DNA from: Promethearchaeota archaeon Loki_b31
Lineage (GTDB): Archaea > Asgardarchaeota > Lokiarchaeia > Sigyniarchaeales > SOKP01
Assembly (NCBI GenBank): GCA_005222975.1
Contig: NJBI01000032.1
Coordinates: 1-40,802 of the forward strand
Length of the DNA: 40,802 bases
Reading direction: 5' to 3'
The translations under genes and the position numbers were made by a program. The notes below the pieces were generated by a model. It was given only the letters and a program-made list of their open reading frames with translations. It had not been told where the DNA came from and did no database searches. Every line of letters begins with the position of its first letter. The first letter of the stretch is position 1. Shown in pieces: positions 18,813-28,446 of this stretch.

Positions 18813-19801
18813 GAAATTCCCTTAAAAGTATATCAGAGTTGAACTTCGAAAATGAACAGGGCATATTTGATTCCGCAAAAATAATCAGATCAGAGTATCT
18901 TAAAAAAGCCTTAAAATCTATTGCGTGTATAATCGCAATTTTAACTGTAGCGCTAAGCTATTTAGTATTTGTTTATTTACCTTATTTAGACAACAATTCG
19001 TTCAATTATTTAATCTCGGGAACTTATCCCTCGGGAAGCAATATATTCCCGTTAGATTTGACTTTAAGCTGGTCGTTATTTAGCACGTCTATTTTTTTGA
19101 TAATATATTTAATAAAAGCGATATACCTTAAATTTACGCCCTCTTTAATTAGATACATCGAACGGGAGACTAAACACATTGGGTTTGAATTTAAGAAGAG
19201 ATTTGAAAGTATGGGGCTTTTTATTATTTTAAATGTCGTTGCTATTGTTATTCTGTTTTATTTAGACATCAAAGCTCTTCACTTTAACAATACATATTGG
19301 AGTATTCTCTTTAGGAATACGTTTGTTATATATCTATTTATGAGCATAACGTTACCGATCATTTGGATATTTAGAAACGATAAATTTGTCATTAAAGTAA
19401 AGGAAAATGTCTTTATAGAATGTGATCTACACTATAATCTTAGCAAAAAGGAAGATTACGATCCTAATTTACTAGGAATTATTTTAACCTCAAATCGTTT
19501 ATGTTCTAAATTTGATAAATCTGGAAAATACATATACTCGAAAATATCAGAAAATAGATGGCTAAAAAAAAACGACACCTCTGCAATTTCACCATACCTA
19601 CATTTTCAAGAATTTTCGGTTCCTTATAACTTTCAGAAGCAGTTTTTAAACATTACATTAGCTCTTAACGAGTGGGAAAACAACTACGACAGTAATTTAG
19701 ATTTAATGAACTATTATTTTTCAACTTACTATCTTAATAATAAGATAAAGAAATATCCTGGCGAAGACCAACTAATCTATCTGAAATTTTTAAATCACTA
19801 A
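18809..19801 (+). CDS. Hypothetical membrane protein (about 4 TM plus soluble C-terminal domain)
   Basis: Start moved from 18755 to ATG 18809: ATGA overlap with the upstream stop and GAGGA RBS. Hydrophobic segments in the N-terminal two thirds. Confidence 0.65.
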   Translation: MRNSLKSISELNFENEQGIFDSAKIIRSEYLKKALKSIACIIAILTVALSYLVFVYLPYLDNNSFNYLISGTYPSGSNIFPLDLTLSWSLFSTSIFLIIYLIKAIYLKFTPSLIRYIERETKHIGFEFKKRFESMGLFIILNVVAIVILFYLDIKALHFNNTYWSILFRNTFVIYLFMSITLPIIWIFRNDKFVIKVKENVFIECDLHYNLSKKEDYDPNLLGIILTSNRLCSKFDKSGKYIYSKISENRWLKKNDTSAISPYLHFQEFSVPYNFQKQFLNITLALNEWENNYDSNLDLMNYYFSTYYLNNKIKKYPGEDQLIYLKFLNH

Positions 19802-19847
19802 AACTATTTTTTTTCAATGAAGGAATGAGAGTAATAAAATTATTTGA

Positions 19848-20498
19848 TTAAATAAAATATTTTTGCTGTAGAACTGCATACTCGTTATAATCTGTAAACT
19901 CTTCATCAACAAGCGATGCAATTATTTCGTATAACTGCCGGAAAAGCTCTTCAGGGAAAGCTTTGTGCTCAAATATAATGTCACAAACTAACTCTTCTGT
20001 TAGTATTTGTGAATTAATTGGTCGATTATATAGTAAAAATTTCATCATGGAAGCATCTATTTTGGATTTTACAATATTTTTAATAATATTTAAGCTTAAA
20101 TCTCGCTTTGGATCGATAAAATAAGGAAAGTTCATGTCATCGAAAATTTTAATATACCCTAAAGTAGAAGTTATATTATCAACGCAATATTCTAACGAGC
20201 TGATTTGAAGGGAAAACTTATCGCAAAAATCTTTTTTCTTATCGTGGGCAGGAAACGCAAAAGGATGTCTTTGAACTATGTAATAAGCGGCTATAAAAAA
20301 TTTAAATAGATTATGTGGTATTTTTTCTTTAATTCTTAGATATCTATAAACTAAAGAGACCGTGTCAAGTATGAAATCTTGATTAATGTCAAATTGCTTT
20401 AAAAATTCTTCTCCGTCCTTAATTAAGTCAACTGTTATTCGATCTTTCGTGTTTATTATTTCATAATTAGTAGGATATAATTCTAACAATTCACACAC
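19848..20498 (-). CDS. Hypothetical protein, possible single cyclin/TFIIB-repeat fold
   Basis: FIAAYYIVQRHP...KKDFCDKFSLQISSLEYCV resembles the AAxYxxxR..P....+....+ helix pattern of TFIIB/cyclin repeats. Confidence 0.5.
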   Translation of the reverse strand: MCELLELYPTNYEIINTKDRITVDLIKDGEEFLKQFDINQDFILDTVSLVYRYLRIKEKIPHNLFKFFIAAYYIVQRHPFAFPAHDKKKDFCDKFSLQISSLEYCVDNITSTLGYIKIFDDMNFPYFIDPKRDLSLNIIKNIVKSKIDASMMKFLLYNRPINSQILTEELVCDIIFEHKAFPEELFRQLYEIIASLVDEEFTDYNEYAVLQQKYFI

Positions 20499-20594
20499 GT
20501 AACCTTAACATTTATATTTTTTTCAAGAAAATATCGAAATATCACTTCGATAATATACAAATAACATAACATCTATTTAAATGTTGCACTCCGT

Positions 20595-20630
20595 GATCAT
20601 CTTATGATCGATTATGCAAAACTTTAAATA
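20595..20630. promoter_or_regulatory. Candidate operator GATCAT-N3-ATGATC next to TATA (tttaaata) of the RHH gene
   Basis: Perfect inverted repeat 20595-20609; TATA-like 20623-20630; extra GATCAT half-site at 20638-20643. Confidence 0.5.
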
Positions 20631-20678
20631 CTCTAAAGATCATTTCCTTAGTAACTCCAAATTTTTGTCGGTTTAAAA

Positions 20679-21131
20679 ATGACGCCATCTAACAGTAGCG
20701 AAGAAAATGAGAAGAAAAAGCCAAAAATGGATAGAGTTACTGTTAGTCTAGATGAATTTGATTATAAAGTCATTAGTAAGATGGCTAAAAATAGGAATAT
20801 AGGTTTATCAGAAGCAACAAGAATTGTGATTCATAATTGGATTGAAACCAATCCAGATATATTAAGGACCAATTATGGTGTTAATATCAAAGAGCTTACA
20901 GAAGAGATAGCTTTGGCTTCTATGATTGACTCTATGAACGAGATTATAAATAAATTACCACAAATTTTTCAATTGGTTGATGATATCAGCTTAATAGATT
21001 TAGCAGACCATTTAGAGATTAATGTGAAAGCAGTAAAGCATTTATTTTTCACACAAGGTGAAAAAATAACGAAATTGGGTATGAATCTAAAATTTAAGGG
21101 AGATAGAATCTATAAGTTGAATCCGAGGTAA
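20679..21131 (+). CDS. Ribbon-helix-helix (CopG-like) protein with C-terminal wHTH-like domain
   Basis: RVTVSLDEFDYKVISKMAKNRNIGLSEATRIVI (RHH); ISLIDLADHLEINVKAVK...FKGDRIY (wHTH-like). Confidence 0.7.
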   Translation: MTPSNSSEENEKKKPKMDRVTVSLDEFDYKVISKMAKNRNIGLSEATRIVIHNWIETNPDILRTNYGVNIKELTEEIALASMIDSMNEIINKLPQIFQLVDDISLIDLADHLEINVKAVKHLFFTQGEKITKLGMNLKFKGDRIYKLNPR

Positions 21132-21137
21132 ATCTAA

Positions 21138-21308
21138 ATGGATAGGGTAAGAACTAAAGAATTTTCTGGGAATCTTGGATATATTAAAGAAATATCTGAT
21201 ATTTATTCCGGTGAGGAAACTATACGATTTGATAACCGACATCCCATTTACAAAACCTTAATGAAATTAGAGTTTGAAGATATTCTTCGAAGTTTTCTAA
21301 GAAAATAA
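21138..21308 (+). CDS. Small hypothetical protein (56 aa), absent from the ORF track
   Basis: MDRVRTKEFSGNLGYIKEISDIYSGEETIRFDNRHPHYKTLMKLEFEDILRSFLRK*; GAGGT RBS upstream; fills the gap between same-strand genes. Confidence 0.65.
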   Translation: MDRVRTKEFSGNLGYIKEISDIYSGEETIRFDNRHPIYKTLMKLEFEDILRSFLRK

Positions 21309-21331
21309 TTATTAATTAAGGGGAATCTAAA

Positions 21332-21535
21332 ATGAGCACTGAAAATATTAGAAAAGCCATTCGTGAAAGATTAGAAGAAATATACGGGGCAGATTCAGAA
21401 TTTCAGTATAATCTTTCGAAAGTTGTAATACCCTTTTCTGAATTCTTTAAAAAGTCAGATTCTATTGACGATGAGAAAGAATCTTCCAGTGAAAGTAAAG
21501 TGGAATATAAAAAACTTTTAAAGCAAGCGCTTTAG
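21332..21535 (+). CDS. Small hypothetical protein
   Basis: 67 aa, AGGGGA RBS, operon-like spacing. Confidence 0.6.
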   Translation: MSTENIRKAIRERLEEIYGADSEFQYNLSKVVIPFSEFFKKSDSIDDEKESSSESKVEYKKLLKQAL

Positions 21536-21683
21536 GTTAAATTGAAGTAAGTTAAGCTTATTTTCTTGTAAGTAATAAAAAGAATTATAGGTTCTTTCCT
21601 ATCTAAAAATTTAAAAAATCGTTATTTAATTATTATTTAATACGAATTTTAAAATTGTAATTAATTAATTTTAAGGTAATTTT

Positions 21684-22055
21684 ATGGCAGAAGAAGAAGA
21701 AGAGGAAGAAAATGGTTATGCGTTAGTTAAAGCAGAATTAGAATTATTTCACGAAGTGCTTTTCAAAAGAATAATGGATGTAATGGAAAAACCAGAAGTT
21801 GATTCAAATCCATTCGAGGAAATGATAAAGATTTTAAGTAGGTTAAGCGAAATCTTTAGCTTTAAAAGCATGATTTCTATAATTCCTGAATTAGTAGCAT
21901 ATGCAGTAAGATATGGGATGATGGTAGAACAAGCTTACGATAAAGATCCTACTAGATTGAAGGAAGACGAACAAGGCTATAACGCCGAGAAAGAAGAAAA
22001 AAAGAGAAGGTCAGTTATAAAAAAGGATTTAGATAAACTTAATCTATACCTATAA
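21684..22055 (+). CDS. Acidic helical hypothetical protein
   Basis: 123 aa, poly-Glu N-terminus, AAGGT RBS. Confidence 0.7.
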   Translation: MAEEEEEEENGYALVKAELELFHEVLFKRIMDVMEKPEVDSNPFEEMIKILSRLSEIFSFKSMISIIPELVAYAVRYGMMVEQAYDKDPTRLKEDEQGYNAEKEEKKRRSVIKKDLDKLNLYL

Positions 22056-22215
22056 TAATTTTCTATTTTTTATCTCAACATTTGTTCAATAACTTTTTTA
22101 TGGCATTTATTTTATTAGCTTATTTATAAATATTTTGATGAAAACCGCCGATTTGTTCTAACAATTTTCTAATCCTAAATAATAAATAAAAAAAAAAGAG
22201 AGTAAAAAAAAAGAG

Positions 22216-22908
22216 TTATAATTGATGTCCACATTCAATACAGAAAGCAGAGCCTTCTAGCAGTTTTTTTCCACATTCAGGACAGGATAAAAATTTTTTT
22301 TCGACCTCAGGTAAAGGTTTTACTATAGTTTGAGTTGTAGGTTCAGACTTTAATTCAGGTTCAACTGACTTTCTCTTTTTTATAATTGTTCTCGCAATTA
22401 CTGCACCTACAACAACTACTACAGCTACTACAATAAGAATTATGTATAGATAATCTAAAATATTACCCAATGCAGATCCCCGAGTAATTGTGTATCTCAC
22501 AGTACTACTTTCAGTACCGTCATTTAGAAATATTACAGAATAATCACTATCATCGGTTGTTACTGTATAAGACCATTTTCCTTGGTTTGAGTCATTGTCT
22601 TTTTTAATATAACTAGATGGCGCACCCATTAACATTAAAGTCACACCTTCTCTTAGATATACATCAAGTGAAGTTCCCGAAATTATTTCATATTCAACAT
22701 TTATTATATCATTTGCATTACATCCAACGATATTAATGATTGATGCGGTGTTAGGGCCAAGTGTTTCTGTATCGGATTCTGAAAAAATAGCATAAGCGGT
22801 GTTTGCATTACTAACTATAATTATTGTTAATAGTATTAAAACAAAACAGGATGTTAACTTATATTTGTTATTTTTTATTAGTTTTTCATTAGAAAATTTT
22901 TTTCTCAT
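22216..22908 (-). CDS. Type I membrane protein: signal peptide, beta-sandwich (GOLD-like) ectodomain, TM, cytoplasmic double zinc ribbon
   Basis: N-terminal hydrophobic segment; YEIISGTSLDVYL...YSVIFLN; TM IILIVVAVVVVVGAVIA; CPECG...FCIECG. Confidence 0.7.
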   Translation of the reverse strand: MRKKFSNEKLIKNNKYKLTSCFVLILLTIIIVSNANTAYAIFSESDTETLGPNTASIINIVGCNANDIINVEYEIISGTSLDVYLREGVTLMLMGAPSSYIKKDNDSNQGKWSYTVTTDDSDYSVIFLNDGTESSTVRYTITRGSALGNILDYLYIILIVVAVVVVVGAVIARTIIKKRKSVEPELKSEPTTQTIVKPLPEVEKKFLSCPECGKKLLEGSAFCIECGHQL

Positions 22909-23289
22909 ATATTTTCACATCATTTAATTGTTTGATAAATTAAATTTCAAATAATATAATTACATAATAGTTTATAAAATAATTAGGACTGATTTTTTAT
23001 AAAAATAAACCAGTATCAAACTAATTTAATTTTTTAGTTATTTCAAAGCAAATAATTAAAGCCATAATAAGGAAAAGCCAAATAATCTATTTTCAATTAT
23101 TTATAATGCTAACAATTATTTTAATAAAAAGAAGTAATTTAGAATTAAAATTCGCGCGATATTCTTAAAGATAATAATTCTATTGCTAGTAATATTTTTA
23201 ATAACATTTATTATTTAATGTAGCCTAAAAGTATATTAAAACTAAGTAAAATTTTATAATTAGTTAAATTAAAATTTAGTAAGAAATCC

Positions 23290-24192
23290 GTGAAAATTTT
23301 TATGAAAGAACTACAAACCGAAGGTCTCACTTTTTATATAGTTGATGTTTTTGCTGAATATAGATACTCGGGAAACCAACTCGCTGTGGTTATTAGTGGA
23401 AATAGACTGTTAGACGAGGAGATGCAATTAATAGCTAAGGAAATGAATTTTTCAGAAACCAGCTTTATCACATCCATCGAAAATTACGATGTTAGGATAT
23501 TCACTCCTAAAGTAGAGTTACCGTTTGCCGGACATCCCACGATTGGAACGGCGTATGTATTGCAGCAAGAATTTATAAAATCAAAAACGAAAACGCTATC
23601 TTTAAACTTAAAAATCGGTCAAATTGCCATATTATTTAAATACAAAGGAGAAATTACTTCCGAGATTTGGATGGAGCACAAGGAGCCTACATTCAACGGT
23701 TTTTTCGCTCCCGATTTAGTAGCTGATGTTTTAAACTTAAATGAAAGCGATATTGACGGCAGATTTAGAATTCAAGGCGTTTCTACTGGTGTCCCTACGA
23801 TCATTGTGCCTTTAAAGTCGTTAGACGCTGTAAAACGCGTAAAAATTGATCTCGAAAAGTACTACGATCTAATCGAAAATACTCAAGCTAAAACCATCTT
23901 GGTATTTTGCCCCGAAACTTATAACAAAAAGAACGATTTAAATGTTCGTTTCTTTGCCGATTTCTACGGTGTTCCAGAAGATCCCGCAACAGGTTCAGCA
24001 AACGGTTGTTTAGCCTCCTATTTGGTAAAACACGAATATTTTGGTAAGAAAAAGATTGATATACGCGTCGAGCAAGGCTACGAAATGGGGAGAAAATCTC
24101 TACTCCTATTAAGAGCCGAAGAGAAGGGAGGAAAATATTTTATAGCCGTAGGCGGTAAAGCAATAATAGTAGCTAAAGGAAAATTATTGTAA
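23290..24192 (+). CDS. PhzF family isomerase/epimerase
   Basis: VDVF, GNQLAVV, EMNFSETSF, RIFTPKVELPFAGHPTIG, EDPATGSA. Confidence 0.95.
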   Translation: MKIFMKELQTEGLTFYIVDVFAEYRYSGNQLAVVISGNRLLDEEMQLIAKEMNFSETSFITSIENYDVRIFTPKVELPFAGHPTIGTAYVLQQEFIKSKTKTLSLNLKIGQIAILFKYKGEITSEIWMEHKEPTFNGFFAPDLVADVLNLNESDIDGRFRIQGVSTGVPTIIVPLKSLDAVKRVKIDLEKYYDLIENTQAKTILVFCPETYNKKNDLNVRFFADFYGVPEDPATGSANGCLASYLVKHEYFGKKKIDIRVEQGYEMGRKSLLLLRAEEKGGKYFIAVGGKAIIVAKGKLL

Positions 24193-24406
24193 AAGCTACT
24201 TATAGGACAGTTCGTAATGCATTTAGCTTCAATAAGATTTGTGGTGTCTGACAAGACTTTCAAAAAAACACTAAATCTTTAAATATTTCGCTCTAAACAA
24301 TCCATTAACTTATTTTAGTGAAATAACCATATAAAAATTTCAAAATAGCATTCAATAAAAGGAATAAAAAAATAAAAAAGAAGTTAAGAGCGCGTATTCT
24401 TGAAAT

Positions 24407-25195
24407 TTATCTATATTTTAAAATAAACTCAGAAATCGGCTCAAAATATTCTTCCTTAAACGAGAGAATCGTATTATGCCCAGCACCCTCTATTAATATT
24501 AATTTTTTATCTATATTATTTGGAAGGTTTTTATATAACAATTCTGCTTCCGTATGAGGGATTATCCAATCTGTTGTTCCGTGAATGATTAATGTAGATT
24601 TTTTAAATTTTCTTACCCTAGTATCGTTTGAATATTCTTTTAACGAATCGGAAGTCAAATACGAGCTACTAATTCGAAATAAATTTATCATCATGTTATA
24701 AACGCTGGCGAATCCACTTTCAAATATTATTCCGCGTAAGTCAACAGGATTGTGTGAGCCAATTTCTGCCGCACATACGCTTCCGAGAGACCTTCCTAGA
24801 ATAAAGAGAGAGTTTAACAATCCATTTTGGCTCATCCATTCTCTAAATACGGTGTAAATCGGCATAGCATCAGATATTAAACTAGTGTAATAAGGTTCGC
24901 CAGAACTAAAACCGTATCCACGAAAATCAACGACCGCTAGATTTACATTAATCTCAAAAAACATTGGAGCTATATACCGATAATCTAAAGCAATTTCGCC
25001 GTTTCCGTGAAATAATAAAATTGTTGGATTTTTAGCATCGTTTTTATAGAAAAATCCTCCAATTTCTATATCATTACCAATATTTAACCTGAGAATATCT
25101 GTATTTGGGTTTAAATCGTTAGGTATTGCTATTTTTCGAGGATAAAAAACTATATTTGAAACTGCTGGATTATCAATTAATAATTTCTTTTCCAT
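24407..25195 (-). CDS. Alpha/beta hydrolase (ABHD13/BEM46-like)
   Basis: FHGNGE, DFRGYGFS, GRSLG, IHGTTD, GAGHN. Confidence 0.9.
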   Translation of the reverse strand: MEKKLLIDNPAVSNIVFYPRKIAIPNDLNPNTDILRLNIGNDIEIGGFFYKNDAKNPTILLFHGNGEIALDYRYIAPMFFEINVNLAVVDFRGYGFSSGEPYYTSLISDAMPIYTVFREWMSQNGLLNSLFILGRSLGSVCAAEIGSHNPVDLRGIIFESGFASVYNMMINLFRISSSYLTSDSLKEYSNDTRVRKFKKSTLIIHGTTDWIIPHTEAELLYKNLPNNIDKKLILIEGAGHNTILSFKEEYFEPISEFILKYR

Positions 25196-25378
25196 GATAA
25201 CGCTCCATTTGGGTTTATTTAATAAAAAGCAATTAATCTTTGATTTAAGAATATAATCGTATTCTATTAAATTCTTCTGACAATTTTATGGAAAAACAAT
25301 GCTTAAAACTAATAAAAAAGCTTAATTATGATTTTTATTATTAATTAAACATATAAAATTTCAATAAAATACGAGTGA

Positions 25379-26056
25379 AAAGTCATTTTAGAAAAAAGTG
25401 AGATCTTATTCGACAAGCTCAATAGGCAATGGCTAATTTTAAGCGCGATATTAGTTCCAGTTTTATCCATTTTAATTTCTATCGTCTTATACGCTATAAA
25501 CGATGCCTCTTTCAGCTTTGTCACGCATTATCTAAGCGATTTAGGGGCAGGACCTAATGGGGTTGGTTTGGTATTTAGTGTAGCAATGATATTAACTAGT
25601 GCTGTGACGATATTTTTCTTTCTACATTTAAGCACATATTTGATCAATAAAAAGGGAAACAAATATTTCATCCTAATTGCGTTCGTCTCTGGTTTAATTT
25701 CCTCAATTGGAACTTTCTTTGTGGGAATCTTTCCCATAAACATTTACTTAGACTTGCACAATTTTTCGGCGAGTTTTTTCTTTCTTGGAGGTTTCGCTTA
25801 CTGTCTATTTTTTGCGATCTCTGAACTGACCACTCCTAGAATTTCTAAATATCAAGCGTTATCAGGATTTGTTGTTTTTTTCTTGTTCTTTGTGTTTATT
25901 TTCTATAGTTCTATAAATTATTTTGACCCTGAACTCTGCGTGATAGAATCTTACATCTCAGAATGGATACTTTTTTTTGCGTTAATTTCATGGATTATTG
26001 AACACGAGATATTCATCTTTAAAGCCGAAAAAAAAAATAATAACCTTAGTTTATAA
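25379..26056 (+). CDS. DUF998 / Frag1-like membrane protein; true start uncertain
   Basis: Frame is open from 25379 and includes a TM helix and [11 protein letters not shown], the family motif, upstream of the tracked TTG at 25568. Also GIFP, LH and final EW motifs. Confidence 0.7.
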   Translation, partial: KVILEKSEILFDKLNRQWLILSAILVPVLSILISIVLYAINDASFSFVTHYLSDLGAGPNGVGLVFSVAMILTSAVTIFFFLHLSTYLINKKGNKYFILIAFVSGLISSIGTFFVGIFPINIYLDLHNFSASFFFLGGFAYCLFFAISELTTPRISKYQALSGFVVFFLFFVFIFYSSINYFDPELCVIESYISEWILFFALISWIIEHEIFIFKAEKKNNNLSL

Positions 26057-26806
26057 GGCTTTGCCTTGATTTGCTATGGCTTCCATCGCTTCCTTTACTT
26101 CCTCTGCATCTCCCAAGTAATAATGCTTTATAGGTTTTAAGTCGTCGTCTAGCTCGTAAATTAACGGGATTCCTGTTGGAATGTTTAATTTTAATATTGC
26201 ATCTTCAGAGACATTATCCAAATACTTAACAAGTGCGCGTAAGCTATTCCCGTGGGCCGATATCAAAACTTTCTTTCCTTTTTTAATTGTGGGGGCGATT
26301 GTCTCGTGCCAATACGGTAAGAATCGCTCGACAGTATCTTTTAAACATTCTGTTAAAGGAATATCGTCAGAATTTAAACCCTTATATTTTGGGTCGGTTC
26401 CAGGATATCTTGGATCTGATGATTTAAGAGCAGGTGGGGGAATATCGTAACTTCTTCTCCAAATAAGGACTTGTTCTTCCCCAACTTCTTTCGCCATTTT
26501 TGCCTTGTAATAACCTTGTAAAGCTCCATAATGTCGTTCATTCAATCTCCATGATCTGTAAACGGGTATCCACATTAAATCCATTATGTCTAATACGATC
26601 CACAAAGTTCTTATGCCGCGTTTCAGGACAGAAGTAAAAGCAACATCAAATGTAAATCCCTCATCTTTTAATAATTGTCCCGCTTTCTTAGCTTCCTCAA
26701 TACCCTTTTTTGAAAGATCAACATCCGTCCAACCGGTAAATTTATTCTCTTTGTTCCAGATGCTTTCTCCGTGGCGTAAAAGTACTAATTTCATCATAAT
26801 AATCAC
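26051..26806 (-). CDS. gpmA: 2,3-bisphosphoglycerate-dependent phosphoglycerate mutase
   Basis: [49 protein letters not shown]. Confidence 0.97.
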   Translation of the reverse strand: MIIMMKLVLLRHGESIWNKENKFTGWTDVDLSKKGIEEAKKAGQLLKDEGFTFDVAFTSVLKRGIRTLWIVLDIMDLMWIPVYRSWRLNERHYGALQGYYKAKMAKEVGEEQVLIWRRSYDIPPPALKSSDPRYPGTDPKYKGLNSDDIPLTECLKDTVERFLPYWHETIAPTIKKGKKVLISAHGNSLRALVKYLDNVSEDAILKLNIPTGIPLIYELDDDLKPIKHYYLGDAEEVKEAMEAIANQGKAL

Positions 26807-26915
26807 TTTTTTAGAAATAATTTGAATATTTAAGTTATCTATAACTAGTAAATATTATAAATATTTACCAATTTACTCGTAATTTTAATATAAGAAGACT
26901 ATACTTTTAGGTGTT

Positions 26916-27587
26916 TTGTTAATGAATAAAAGAGGAATTTTAAAAGGAGCTAACCGTGAAGAAGCAACTTGGAAAAAAACTAAACTTGGCGAACCGTTTA
27001 ACGAAGCTCTAGATCGGTTCAGAGCCGATGTTTTAAAGCGAAAAGATTTTGATGCGACTTCTCTTTTGCAATTTGGTTTATTTATGTCTATGGCTGTTAT
27101 TAACATTTTAAAAGAAAGCGAAAAAAAATTAGGGAAAGAAGGTCAAAAAGTAGTAATTGACGCCTTAATCAAAACGGGTTATAACATGGGCAACCAAATT
27201 TTAGAAAATATTCAACTACCAACTGAAATTTCTGATATAGAACTAATGAGTTTTTTAGCAACCATCATTAACACACAAGCTTGGACTTCCATTGAGGATC
27301 CACGTATAGATAAGGAGGATCAGTGCTCTTTTGATATAATTTGGTGTCCGTTACAGGATGTTTACAAGGCTTTTGATTGTAGAGTTCAAAGATATTTAGT
27401 CCAAGGAATAATGAATGCATTTAGAGATTCCGGTATTTTAAAGTCTGATTATCAAATAGAATTCAAATCGACGATTCCCGCTGGAGCAAATATTTGCCAT
27501 TTTGTTATTACTAAGAAGAAACCAAATGAACAAGATAAATGGAAAGCCTATTCTAAGGATTTAGAGAAGAAAGCTTTGGAAAAATAA
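26916..27587 (+). CDS. V4R / ATC-hydrolase-like small-ligand-binding protein
   Basis: WCPL...DCR...QG...TIPAGANICHF Cys pattern. Confidence 0.55.
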   Translation: MLMNKRGILKGANREEATWKKTKLGEPFNEALDRFRADVLKRKDFDATSLLQFGLFMSMAVINILKESEKKLGKEGQKVVIDALIKTGYNMGNQILENIQLPTEISDIELMSFLATIINTQAWTSIEDPRIDKEDQCSFDIIWCPLQDVYKAFDCRVQRYLVQGIMNAFRDSGILKSDYQIEFKSTIPAGANICHFVITKKKPNEQDKWKAYSKDLEKKALEK

Positions 27588-27722
27588 TTTTCTAATAAAT
27601 ATTTAAATATCATAAAAATCAAATAATTTATAGTTTAAATTTATATACCAAAAAAAAATATTAAGAATTATCGAATCAAAAAAGAACTAACATAAACACT
27701 ATTAAAACGATTTATAAAATCA

Positions 27723-28439
27723 ATGATTAAAATGAAAAACAATAGAAACTATTGGTTGAGCGCCTTGTGTTTTCTAATTTTTTTCATAAATTATCCAATA
27801 AACTCGTTTAGCAACATAGTATTAGGCGAATCTGTGTTTCCTGCCGAAATAAACGACAAATTCGTTTGGGAAACTGTAAATGCCACCGAATCGTTGTATA
27901 TGGAAGTTGATTATATAAGATTTACCACTACAAATATATATAATGAGACTAATAACGATAAAAATTATCTATTCGTAAACTATACGCTTGAATATTATCA
28001 TAGATATAGATATTCTTGGGGAGAAAAATATGAAAATTCATTCTATATGGCTTATAATAAAACTTTAAACTTACTAAATTGGTCAGCAGAAGGGTTTCAA
28101 CATGGAAATTTATTCTTGTTCCCAACTCCCGTTAACTATACCCTAATTGGAGAGGCAATAAAAAAAGGCGGTTTTTTTAACTATTCAATTTCGGGGGAAA
28201 AGGTCATTTTAGACTATGGAAACAGCACTACTATTGAATTAACTATAGATCCTTCTGGAATTTCTACGATAATAGAAAGAATTACGAACGGCACCACAAT
28301 ATATCGTTGGGAACTAAATACAGAAGAAATCATTATTAAGGTTCCTTTTGGAAACTACTATTTAATCGTTTTGATAATTAGTGTAATGACTCTCATAATC
28401 GTTAAAAAAAAAAAGATGTTGATGTCTTTCAAACATTAA
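27723..28439 (+). CDS. Secreted glycoprotein-like protein with C-terminal sorting/anchor segment
   Basis: N-terminal signal, several N-x-T/S sequons, C-terminal VPFG + TM + KKKK. Confidence 0.7.
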   Translation: MIKMKNNRNYWLSALCFLIFFINYPINSFSNIVLGESVFPAEINDKFVWETVNATESLYMEVDYIRFTTTNIYNETNNDKNYLFVNYTLEYYHRYRYSWGEKYENSFYMAYNKTLNLLNWSAEGFQHGNLFLFPTPVNYTLIGEAIKKGGFFNYSISGEKVILDYGNSTTIELTIDPSGISTIIERITNGTTIYRWELNTEEIIIKVPFGNYYLIVLIISVMTLIIVKKKKMLMSFKH

Positions 28440-28446
28440 TTTATCC

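Noticed and set aside
24078-24263. 61-aa ORF containing CITNCP, ferredoxin-like
   Set aside because: Only half of a CxxCxxCxxxCP motif, and it overlaps the PhzF gene antisense.
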